From the human T2T-CHM13v2.0 reference genome, Homo sapiens, in NCBI RefSeq assembly GCF_009914755.1, contig NC_060939.1: a stretch of DNA of 64,000 bases. One strand, given 5' to 3'. A model generated the notes under the pieces. That model worked only from the letters and a program-made list of their open reading frames with translations. It ran no database searches and had not been told where the DNA came from. This document shows, piece after piece, positions 41,982 to 55,858 of the stretch (the stretch's first letter is position 1; each line of letters starts with the position of its first letter). The position numbers and the translations under genes were made by a program.

Positions 41982-43639
41982 TAATGGAATAGGATAGATT
42001 TTATGCACTTCTTGAGGACAATAGAAAATAACACGAGCTCCACGTGTTACATGAAAAACAAAACAGTGGACCTTTTTAAACACAGAAACAAGGGAAAACA
42101 ATGATCAGATACATATTTGTAAAGAAATTATCCTGGGGACAGAAAGACTCAAGAGGATCAAGTTTAATTCTAAATTTGATTGTGTTCAAAAGTCTGACTT
42201 CCTTGCCTGTACATAGAACACACATTTCCGGAACATGCTCTCTATCTGGGCACACTCACCATAATATTCTGCTTAATCTTCGTGATGCTATGATGAATGA
42301 CTTATCATTATGGAAAAGAAATAAGAGTGGTAAGAAAGAATGCCCAGAGAGCACCAACAGGGGGCTGGGGATGGGGTAGAGTCAGTCAGGGGAGGTTTTA
42401 TTCCATAAAATAAAAGTAAAGATAAAGTAATTGACCCACGTGGTACCCTGGTGTGATCAGCATTTGGAGGGGAGAGGAGAAAGGCCTGGTCATAGAAGAG
42501 ACTTGAAACCTGATTGTGAAGGCCACCATTGCCCCACTGAGGCAATGAGGACCCAAGAGATGGGTTTCTCTGTTGTCCTCATAAGTCTTAGAAGACTCTA
42601 ACTTATCATTTGGGTGTCACTTGCCTGAATTCAGCAGAAAGACATAGATTCTCCAGACCCTCTTAATGCTTAGAAAAGACCAGCAAATAAGCCTGCACTA
42701 TCACATAGGGATTCTCAGTAAGTTCTAAGGACAGCTTAGATGTTCACATGAAGTTCCCATGTGAGATTTTAGAGGCCCTTCCCCAGCACAAAGTATCCTT
42801 TCTGGTTTTTTGGTTTACACTTATAACTTAACAAATTTCTTTGCCAGCAAAGCCCAGTTTTGATTCTCCTGCTTCAATATCTTTTCTCTCAGATCTGTGG
42901 ATCTTCACAGATCCGTTACCAACTTGAACCATTTTTGTTCATCTGTGAGAGAAGCCAGGGACATCTCGCACCAGAGCATCCTATGCTTGCTGATGATTAT
43001 TAGTGCAGCTCCTCTCAGACCATGGCCAAGCCCGGGTCCACAGCTCTGCTCCTCCTGTGTTGTGAGCCAAGCTCTGCCTCCCACTGTCTGCCTACTTAGA
43101 ACACAAGGTCTCATCTACCGCAAAGTAAAGAGTCCTGGAGTACATATTCTATACAGGCAGGAGATTCCCAGCTGCATGTGTGGTTACAAAGCCAGCTTTC
43201 TCTAATTTAACACAGGTTTCTGTTTTTGCTCCACCTTGCATCTCTCTCAGGTCAGCTAAGTTCCCTCTGACTTAAAGAAAGCAAGCTTCCTGTGGCTCTG
43301 TGCTCAGAGACAGCCCTTGTTTGAGGCCTTTGTCACCTCAAGCTGGGTGTTCTGTCTTCCTAGGGCCTTTGCCCAGAATCTTTCCAGCTGGATGACTTCC
43401 CGGGCCCAGATCATGCCTCTTGAGCTTCTATTCCTGCTCTTCTTCTGACTCCTGGCTCCTCAATGCACAGGCTGTTTGCCTGGTTTACACTTCCAGCCCC
43501 AGAGCCTTGTCTAGCCCAAGTTGTCTCTCTTACCATCATCCCTGTCTCCTGCCATCAATCCCCACAGCGGTGTTCTGAAAACCTGCATGCATGGACTACT
43601 TCTGCCTAGTAAAGAGGCAAGCTGTATAATGACAGCACA

Positions 43640-44830
<1,191 letters not shown>

Positions 44831-44944
44831 GGACTTAGAAAGCGGAAACTCCACTTTATACAACTCAATCTGTGCTATCTGCAAGGATAATGCATTCCAC
44901 AAGCATGTCACTCTGTGTGAAATAGACTATATGTCTGTCTTTCT

Positions 44945-45256
44945 CTCCTCAGGTATCATTATCTCACTCACATCAAACAATCAAAAGCAGGAAAAAAAAT
45001 AATTCTCCTCCTCGCTCTTTTCCCTCATTTTATCAGGGAGGAAAATCTGTTTCAAAGGCTTCCGTACCCAAGACCACCCTTAAGTCTCATCAGCCAGAGC
45101 TGGGTCACATGGCCAGCCCTGAGCAGGTTATTCTCTGGAAAAGGGGGATCAAAGTGCCATGATTGGCTGTGACCAATCACAATTCAACCCTGAGGCTGGA
45201 GCGGGGTCTGCCTTGCTGAACTTAAAACTGCCCAAGAAAAACTGAGCAAAATCTGT
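44945..45256 (-). mobile_element. MaLR LTR remnant (MLT1K-like)
   Basis: 'gtctcatcagccagagctgggtcacatggcc...ccatgattggctgtgaccaatcac'. Confidence 0.7.
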
Positions 45257-45257
45257 G

Positions 45258-45590
45258 TTCATGTTGAGTTAGGTTATGCTGTGGTGGCTTTAAACAACAA
45301 AGCTCATTTCTCTCTCCTGCCATGGGTCCAGTGCAGAGTGGCAAGGGTCTCTGCTCATTGTTATCCCCCCAGGGAGTCTGGCTAATAGAAGCTCCATCTA
45401 TCCCTGTGTTTCCATAATGTCAATGGCCGGGGAGGAGAACTCCTGAAGTCTCACACAGGCTATTAAATAGGGCTAGACCTAACAGCCAGAACTTCTGGGT
45501 CACATGGCCCTGCTAGGCCATAAGGGAGCCACGAATATCATTCCTCCAAGTGACTGGAATGAGAGGAGAGGCAGATACTGGATTGGAGAT
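45258..45590 (-). mobile_element. MaLR LTR remnant (MLT1J-like)
   Basis: 'aggttatgctgtggtggctttaaacaacaaagctcatttctc...gtcacatggcc'. Confidence 0.65.
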
Positions 45591-47125
45591 CATCATTCAT
45601 AGCTATCGAATCGGTAATTCTTAGCAAATCCAGGGATTGCCCTGCCATGGGAAACCGACTATCTCCTAGGATAATCCATTTCATTTTTTCCTCATCCTTG
45701 ATTGATAAACAATCCATCTTTATAATGAATTAAAAACTCCCTCTGCAGCATCTGTCCCTTGTTCTACACCCTTACAGAACAATGTTTTTATCTTTCCCAT
45801 GACAGACCTTCAACTATTTGAAGATAATTATCATGCCCTCCCAGGTCCTCACTTCAACAAATTCAATCAAAATTTCAATTAGTAGTTCAAAACTTCAAGT
45901 ATCTGAAGATACAGTGACATTGAACAGCAAGTTTGGAAAAGTACAGGAATTTTGATTCGCTTCAGAGAAGGAGAGCCAAACTGACATGTTGGATCAGACA
46001 AAGAGATAATGGATGGGAAGGCACGCTGCTATCTAAAACTGGGGACAGAGAACCAAATAATATAAGATGTCTTTTCCTACTTTGACTCAAATTAAATGTG
46101 AAATCCTCATTCCTCGGTTGCCACTTCACTTCTGGCCTGATAGAGTAAAGATGTTTCTGCAGTTATCTTCCTTGACTGCTGGGGGTAGCACCAATGAAAA
46201 CATACAAAGAAAGCTTGATATCCCTCCAGTTCTGCTAATTGACTCATCTTATGTTTAGACAAGTGTTGTTTGAGGCTAAATTACAGAGCCTTAATTCAGA
46301 CTGAGACTCTTAGAATCTACGACTAATGAATCTTTCTTTTTCAGAAGTGTTTCTTAATACAGCCACTTAACTAAAAAGCCAGATGAGATGGCAAATACAA
46401 CTTCCCTTCTTTCTTGGATGTGCCTGACAACTGTGGGTTAATTGCATAACCAGGCAGCCAGTTAACACCTGCCTGTGGATTTACATACTTCCAGTCATAT
46501 ATCATCTCCAACCTAATACAGACTTTGTTGAAACCCGAATGTTTTACCCGGACTGGAAGGTCAGTCCCATTTGTCAAAGCAGGGACAATCCCTTTGTCTT
46601 AGACAGCCTTATATAGGTTGTGGAGTTGCTCAAGGACATCATCTGCCTTCCTATCAGCCAAGCCTTGAGAAAGTTGAGCTGTGGGAACAGCGGGTCTTCT
46701 TATTCATTTATTTCTAGCTTCTCCTTTTGTCCTTATTAGCAGGCCAGAGCCTACAGGCTGATAAGACAAAGACACCCATCGTTTGCAAGGACCTAAGAAT
46801 ATAGTTGTATGAGACATTTGCTAACTGTATCAGAATTAATTTCGATAGATTTTATTGTGCTCGTTTCATCAACGAGTAGGGACAGGCAGCCTTGTGAGAT
46901 CAGTGAATGGGGTGTATTGTCATGAAAAAAGGGGAATACTGGCTAATGTCCAATAGGAGATCCCAAATAGCAAATTCATGGATTTGGCAATTATTTATTG
47001 GGTACTTATCATACGGCAGACTTTGATAAGCACTAGGAACTATGATGTTCCCTGTTTCCTTGGGGCTCACATGCTGGTGGAGGAGCCAGGCATTAATCGC
47101 ACAATCACATCATACCTGACATTCA

Positions 47126-47423
47126 GGCCGCACAGTGGCTCATGCCTGTAATCTCAGCACTTTGGGAGGCTGAGGCAGGTGGATTACTGGGGCCCAGGAG
47201 TTCGAGCCCAGCCTGGCCAACATGAGGAAACCCCGTCTCCACCAAAAATAGAAAAATTAGCTGGGCATGGTGGCAGGTGCCTGTAGTTCCAGCTATTCAA
47301 GAGGCTGAGGCAGGAGAATTGCGTGAACCCAGGAGGCAGAGGCTGCAGTAAGCTGAGTTCACGCTGCTGCACTCCAGCCTGGGCATCACAGTGAGACTCT
47401 GTCTCAAAAAAAAAAAAAAAAAA
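47126..47423 (+). mobile_element. Alu (S/J-like)
   Basis: Full dimer with A tail; TSD core acattca on both sides. Confidence 0.96.
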
Positions 47424-47434
47424 TCTTACATTCA

Positions 47435-47665
47435 AGGAATACTTACTAACTGTCTGGCTGTGTTCTATATATATTACATACATTCATTCACTTAATCGTT
47501 ACAACAATCCTATGAAGTAATTACTAACCTTATCCCTATTTTACAAGTGAGAAAACTGAGTTACAAAGAAATGCAGAAACTTGCCCTAAATCACACAGCC
47601 AGTGAGTGACAGAACCAAGAACAGAACACAGGCAGGCTGGGTTCTAACGCCATACTGCCTCTCAG
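47435..47665 (-). mobile_element. MIR SINE
   Basis: 'cacttaatcgttacaacaatcctatgaagt...ctattttacaagtgagaaaactgag...cttgccctaaatcacacagc'. Confidence 0.88.
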
Positions 47666-49902
47666 TTGACCTGGAAGCCTCTTTAAAGACATGCAACCAC
47701 ACCCACCCCAGACAGAATAAGTGGCCCTTTCTCTGGTGCTTCCTCCAGTGCCTGTTCTACCAGTCACCACACTGCATTTCATAGGTCCATACCTCATCCT
47801 CAGCTACATATGGTTATCTTTTTTAAACACTTCTACTACTACTAATTGACTCATCTTATGTTTAAACAAATGAAATCAAGATGAGGTCGACAGTGTGGAT
47901 AGCCAAAGTTTCATAAGTAGAGTACAGGACCAGGCCAGAGGAGGGCTCTGTTGCCAGATGAAAGAAAAGTTACTCTCGTGTTGTCTAGTGAAAAGAGAAG
48001 AAACCTAGAAAACTACAGATACAGAGTCACACACTTAGAGCTAGAGGGAGCCTCGGGAAGCACCATGCCATATGACAGGAGAAGAAATCAAGACCCAAGA
48101 GCAGAAGGTTTTGCTCAAGGTCACGCTGAAGAATCAGTTCTTGACAGCGATTAGCCAGACCCAAGTCTCCTGACCTCCACCCAGCTCAGGGCTCCCTCTG
48201 CCCTTTCCCACTCCCGCCAGAATTCTTACAAGAAGCCAACCCACAAGAAACCCAAAGCCAGAGGCAGCAATGAGGAATGTCCTGTTTACCCTTCTGTTGT
48301 TTAAGTAGAATCCTTTGTTCTAATGACAACAAAAAAAATCTCTTGCCTTCAACAAAGACATTCGTTAACAATAAATGCATTATTTCCCCCAGGAAAAGTT
48401 TGAATTTTACTTATTTACAGTGACACAGGTTTACTCAATGCTTTCTTTAATTAAACTCCTACTTAATATTTGATGTCTCTCAATCCAACTTTCCCTGAGC
48501 CAAGAACCGATCAATCCTGACCAACCAACAATGACTATTAAGCCATGGATTTTAAAATGGTTATTTTTACCCCTCCATGGAACTTAGCAGCTTTTTAAAC
48601 ACATGAAATATGCGCAGATACATGACATCTTTGAACTAGGGAAAATGCGATTGTAAAACCAGCCCTCTCACCAGTCTAGGTTGGACAAAGAGGGAAGGCA
48701 TTTAGAGTACTTCTGTTGTCCCTTTCATTAGAATGCTGCCTGCCAGCGTTCTCCCTAAAAATAGTTGTCACGCCAGTGGAGTCCTCACTCTGGCAAACAG
48801 ACTGTTCTGCACCAAGATCCTTTTTAACTGCTTCTTAAGTTACAGGAATTTTAACTAAATTAGAAAGTTTGCCACTTTGTTCCGTGTAAAATAAAAGCGT
48901 ATAAAGCCAGAGCTCCTGAAACACAGGTTCAGCTCAGTTTGAAAAAACAAGAAAACGTCGTCTTCACTTCTGGGCATAAAAAATGTTGAAGCTTGAGGAG
49001 GTTGAGAACAAATGGAACTTCCTACTTATTAATGCTTGGGTAGTCAGTTTCTTCACACGGCCATTTCCTTCCCCCGCGCCTTTCTGTGAAAGTTTTATCA
49101 GCGCTGGACCACAAAATGATAAATGCTATCCTGTATAAAAAGGTAAAGATGCCTTAAAAACTCACTCTAGTGTTTCAAAGCACAGCTCTGCTTTCTACAG
49201 TGTTTGTATTTTTCCACATTTAGGGCTTTAATGATTCTAGAATAGACAGTAGGAATGCCAAATACATAAACAATTCAAAATCTGCTCAGGCAGATCTGAA
49301 AAGGGTTTCCTCAGCATCCGTTCCAAATTCCTCATCTTACTTTTTAGGCTTCCCCTCTCAGCCTTTAACGGAGTCCTTGATTTCCAAGTACCTAGAATCA
49401 GCTGTTGAGAAGTTTTAAATATGAATTCTGTTTGCATTTTTTTAGTATGCTTTCTTGTTTATTTTATATTTTTAGGGTATTTTCACTCATATTTTCTAAC
49501 TTCAGCTCCCCCATCCAAAACAGACTCGCTGGTATGTTCACAATACCTTGGGAACAAGGGCTCTCTTCATGTCCCCAGCTATGTTACACACAATTAATTT
49601 CCCTAAACATTTGCTGTCCTCATGATACCGCCTTGCTCGAAAAGCATCATTGCACTATTATCAATAAAAACCATTTTGAGATATATATGTGTGAGTGAAT
49701 ATATGTCTATGTATATATATCCATGTCTCACTCTGCAAATATATTAACATATTATAAAACATTAACAAAAATATATTTAGAAAGGAGGAGGTTTACAAAT
49801 CTAAACAGAAATCTTAATGTTTCACTGTGCCCTAGTGGACTGCCTAGCACACCCCCAGAAAGGAGTAGGTCTTAGTCAGGAGACCCTAGTTTGAGAAGAT
49901 CA

Positions 49903-50142
<240 letters not shown>

Positions 50143-50899
50143 ATCTAACTTTTGAGTGGCATTCGAGGCCCACCACAATGGAGTCTCAAACTTCCTTTCC
50201 AGCATAATCCACTGCTGTTCCCTCCTTAGCAATCAAACTGAATCACTGATTGCCTAGAAGCTCCAAGCTGCTCAATAGGCTTTGGGGCCAGGCTGTGAGT
50301 ATGGGCTCTTCCTTATACCAGTTGTCAAGTCACAGGTAACCCACTCATTCTCCTTATGCTTCCTCATGCAGGGAATGAGAAAAATAAAGACACCTGTGGC
50401 AACATTCTTGTTGACAAGTGAAATGGAAGTATACAGTGAGAGCACACTTGGTAAAATGGTTAAGTGTGACACAAATCTTATGAATGTATGACTCCCTATA
50501 CAATACAGGGATGTGTGCAATCTTGGGCACAAATAAGAGACTCTAGGTATATTATCTTACAAATGTAAAACATCATCTTCCATCAGATCTTTTATTTAAA
50601 TGCTGTTGAGTCCCTATTAGCTATTTATCAGTATCATTAACACATCAAAAATCTAGATCTCACAGCAATAACCTACTGAATGCATAAAGTGTGGCTTTGG
50701 CAAAAAATGAAAGGGGTGATTTAGGAGAAGACGAAAGCCCTGACCAAGTGGAAGAATACCCTGACCAAGGGTAGTAAAATAAAAAGTCTAATTATAGACA
50801 TGTCAGATATGAAATATCTACTCAATATCTGCACGAGGATGTTGGACATCTGAGTCTGGCTTCAGGGGAGAGGTGTGGCCTAAAGATTAAAATTTGGGA

Positions 50900-51180
50900 G
50901 TGACATTCTTCTCAAACTTTAAGACAGGTTCAATGGCTTCTCCTTTATGAATCTTTCTTTAATTTCTCCCCCAGCTGCTCAAAGCTTCTCTGGATTTTTA
51001 ACACTGTTTTTCTGTATATTTCCATGAGCACCTAGTCTACCTTCCTTTTATTTCACTTATTTGTGAACTAGACTGTGGGCCATTTGAAGGCAAAGACGAT
51101 GTCACTTTCATCTTTGTGTTCTTTTGGTGTCTAGCACTGCGCCTTGTCTATATTTGGTTCTCAATAATGCATTATGGGTT
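50900..51180 (+). mobile_element. L2 3' relic
   Basis: 'ctagactgtgggccatttgaaggcaaagac...tcatctttgtg...gtctagcactgcgcctt...ctcaataa'. Confidence 0.65.
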
Positions 51181-52178
51181 GGTTAATTAATTAGTCACCT
51201 CTACCTATAACAGGTTCAGTAAAACTTCTAGAAAAAAAGTAATTCCAGATGTTTGATGACCAAATGAATGAATGAACAAACAATCCCTGAAGTCCCATTG
51301 AAAGATCTGGATAGAAGTGGCCCTGTGCATAAATAGGTGAAGCCTGGTGTCCTCCCAACCTGGCACATCCAGCTGCCCAGGGTCCAGGACTGCCCATTAT
51401 CGTTCCCCAGTTAGGTCCACCTTTACCAGCCCTGTGTACTATAGCCTTTCATTTTCTTCATTGCCCAATCTAAATGTTCCAGCCCAGTCAGCTATCACTT
51501 TGGAAGTCAGTCTGCAAGGTGACAACAAGCCAACTGAACTAACTAATTTGTGCTACTGCGACCAGAAAGCCTACTGCCTACGTGCCTTTCCCTCACATGT
51601 CATAAGGTTGCATTTTAATGAGGGTCTTGAGAGAGCCAATGACTTAAAGCAAAGGTGACTTTAAAGCAGGACATGCCACACCTGGGGAGCTAGCTACCTG
51701 CCCTGACAGTGCCCTCAACAAGCCAGACCGTCTTACCATATCCAGTCTGGATAGAAGTCCTGAGAAACAGTTCAGAGGATGCAGATTTTTGAGAACATAG
51801 AGAGTCAGCTCTGCCCTAGGAGGTGCCCTGCTACCCAGGTGACCCTGCCCCAGCTCTGACACCAGGCAGCCTCTCAATGATTGATTGGTAAGTGTCTGGC
51901 TTCCCCAGTCCATGTCTCAGTGCATGACTCAGGAGCCAGCCTACACAGATCCCTTCTAGTTCTATGGTGCAATCTAAAACAAAATTTGATTTTCAGAATT
52001 CCAGAATCTTTCTACTCTCTTCTCAAGCTATTCTCATTTTTATACTCCTTAACATCCTTGTATAATACGGTTGCAAAGCTCCATTCCTTCCTCCATATAA
52101 TGATGATGATAATAATGATGATAATAATGTTGCTTGGCTCCCAGGGTTGTTGTGAGCCTTTCATTAGAAAGTCCTTTG

Positions 52179-52249
52179 AGATCATGCCACTGCACTCCAG
52201 GCTGGGTGACAGAGCGAGACTCCGTCTCAGAAAAAAAAAAAAGAAAGAA
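52179..52249 (+). mobile_element. Severely 5'-truncated Alu (about 50 nt plus tail) inserted in a MIR relic
   Basis: agatcatgccactgcactccag...gagcgagactccgtctc-A tail; perfect 13-bp TSD agaaagtcctttg at 52166-52178 and 52250-52262. Confidence 0.93.
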
Positions 52250-54252
52250 AGAAAGTCCTTTGTAAATTCTGACTCTTACTAAATTTTGTTATTATTGTTT
52301 TATGATTAAAGTATCTCCTCTCTGTCTTTGCATGCAGGAAGTTAAAGATTGCTACCAATTCCAGTTTGGGAATTTTTTTAAAAGACTAGAAAATCTTGTC
52401 TGAGGCAAGTGTCCTAACAAGTCTTCACAGTAGAAGGACAGGGAAATGTATGAATACAGGAGGATTCAGAGAAATCTCAACTCACCTGTGATCTCAGGTC
52501 ATCATGAGATCTCCATAGGATAAGTGAGTCTAACAAACCATTTACTTCTAAGTGTGGAGAATTAGATGAATTCTTTAGTTCACCCACTCCACAGTTTTCC
52601 ATACAAGCTATTCCAAAGAGGGTGCCCCAGAACAGGGAGTTAAAGGCACTGTAAAACAAATGAAGGCCTGACCTACTCATATTTGTGAGTTACCCATGCA
52701 TAGTATTAGAAAACATTAAATTCTCACAGCAAATAAACATATTGCATCAACAGAGTCTAAAAGGCATCTAAGAGCATTTTTAAAGTTAAATGAATAATAC
52801 GATTTTTTTGCTAAACTATTGAACAGATCTGAACAGCATTAAAAACTGAGAAAGAGAAAAATGCCCATTTTGAGTCCCAAAATTAAAATATATGAAAATG
52901 TCATTAATTCAATTAGACTAACTAGGAAGAAAGGATTGGGAACTATTATCTAAACAAATATAGCTTTATTACTCTCAAGAAGTACAGAAAAAAAAACAGC
53001 AAACCTAACCAAGTTTGACAAAATCAATGATTTTAGGAAATATTTTAATAGTTTATTAAAATATAACTCCTACATACTGTCCACATATCCAAGTTTCTTC
53101 CAAGTTCTTTCTACCAGAGAAAAAAAACTGATATTGCATGAAACGCTCTATATATTGGGCCTAAGAAATACCATCTTAAATGAAGGACTAGTAAGAGGCT
53201 GAGGAAATAGTCCTCAGTCCTGGACAAAGGAGATTCATCTTTGGATAAAGTAGAAATAGAGAGCAAAAGTGGAGATACATACAAGCTGTCCTGTTTCTGT
53301 AATCTGAGCTCAGGACATCAAGCTCAGCTCTTGCTATATTCAGTTGGTGCACTAATGGGAAGCGAAACAATGTGCTTCACTCTTCAGAGCCACATTCTAT
53401 GACATATGAAACCCTGAATCCCTCTGCACATCAGGGTTGCCCTGGGAAAATTGGGGAGAGGAGTCCTTTGCATCCTTAAAACTCATTGTTTCTGCTAAAA
53501 AGAAGGAGCTTCCTAAGACAGATTGACTTCTGCTAGCACTTGCCTAGGAATCATAAGTCACAAATTATAGAAATCTGAATGAATGGTTATGAAATTAGCC
53601 ATTTAAAACAGGATCTACAAAATAATAAACTCTTCTCTTTCACTAAAAAGTAACCCACAGTGGTTACTTTTTAGAACAAAACAACCCATTACAATGCTCA
53701 AGACAGCACTGCAATCAATCAGTGACTCTGAGGCCTGAATCAAGATGTCTGGAGATGATAAAAAATGAAATGCAACAGACTTGCCATCTTAAGGCAGCCA
53801 CGTCAATCAGTGCATCACATAAAAACCCAAGAAGGGAAGAAATCAATGCTTCCAAATGGAAAAAAAAAACTTTCAATATTAAATCTATAGAGAGCTGTTA
53901 GCTTGCCTTTTCTAAATTCTTCCTTTAAAGAGTTTTAGGAATTATCATGCCAAATTCATAATTCAAACTTCAATACCAACTTATACCTTCATAGTAGAAT
54001 TTATCAGTGAAGTAGTATTAATTACATATATTTCATGATCTTAGCCCTTGATATTTTGGATGCTCACATAAGCTTTTGACTTATTTTAAGGAGGGTAAGG
54101 GAAAACAGGAGATGGAATTAGTTAACTCCACTTTAAATAATAGATTACATTCAATGAAAAAATAAGTGAGACTTTTGCTTTTAATCATGATGAAGTACTT
54201 GGTACCAGACTAGTCTTTCTGCTGTAAACAACTCTCAAACTAGCAAAATATG

Positions 54253-54300
54253 TATTATGTTGGTGCAAAAGCAATGGTGGGTTTTGCCATTAAAGTAATG
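54253..54300. mobile_element. MADE1 (Hsmar1-derived MITE), truncated
   Basis: 'ta-ttatgttggtgcaaaagcaatggtgggttttgccattaaagtaatg' matches one MADE1 TIR plus spacer. Confidence 0.8.
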
Positions 54301-54895
54301 CTACCATTACCACCAGCAGAATACTGTTACCCCAAGAAGCATAAGACTGTCATCCATCTGAGAAGACCCACCAGAGGGCTGTCATCCCTCAGAGAAGAAA
54401 AATACATGAGGTGATAGCCACAGCCACCCCACCTTTCTGCTCAAAGTTACTTTCTAGGCCACAAAGTAAGTAGGTGGTGCCCAAGCAGAACTCTGAGGTC
54501 TTGATGAGCTGAAGAGGTACAGATAGGAATTCATGGGTAATGAGGCAGGTTGATTTGTAGGACAGGGTATCACATAGGAGGAAGCCACATCGAGAAGGAA
54601 TTCCAGAAATTAGTGTAGGGATCTCTTTAGTTTTTTGGTAGAATACTAAGTTGAATATGCTCAGAGCACATACTAAGCTGCACATGTTCAGGCAATATAA
54701 CATAAATGAAGATTACAGAAATCACAGAGTGCTACAAAACATAGAAATTTTGAAGAGAGTTTAGAGATCTTGCTGAACACTCCCAGTCAATTCAACTGGG
54801 ACTCTAGTCCATAGTTAAGAGCTCATCTAGAGTCACCCTAGCAAATCTTATTCATAAAGCTCAACAAGTATCAAACCAATACAACCATGAATTCA

Positions 54896-55858
<963 letters not shown>

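Noticed and set aside
42893-43205. Strong + acceptor (cttttctctcag) followed by a 102-aa ORF
   Set aside because: No convincing downstream donor and the peptide is unrecognisable
50738-50769. ccctgaccaag repeated at a 21-nt period
   Set aside because: Trivial slippage micro-duplication
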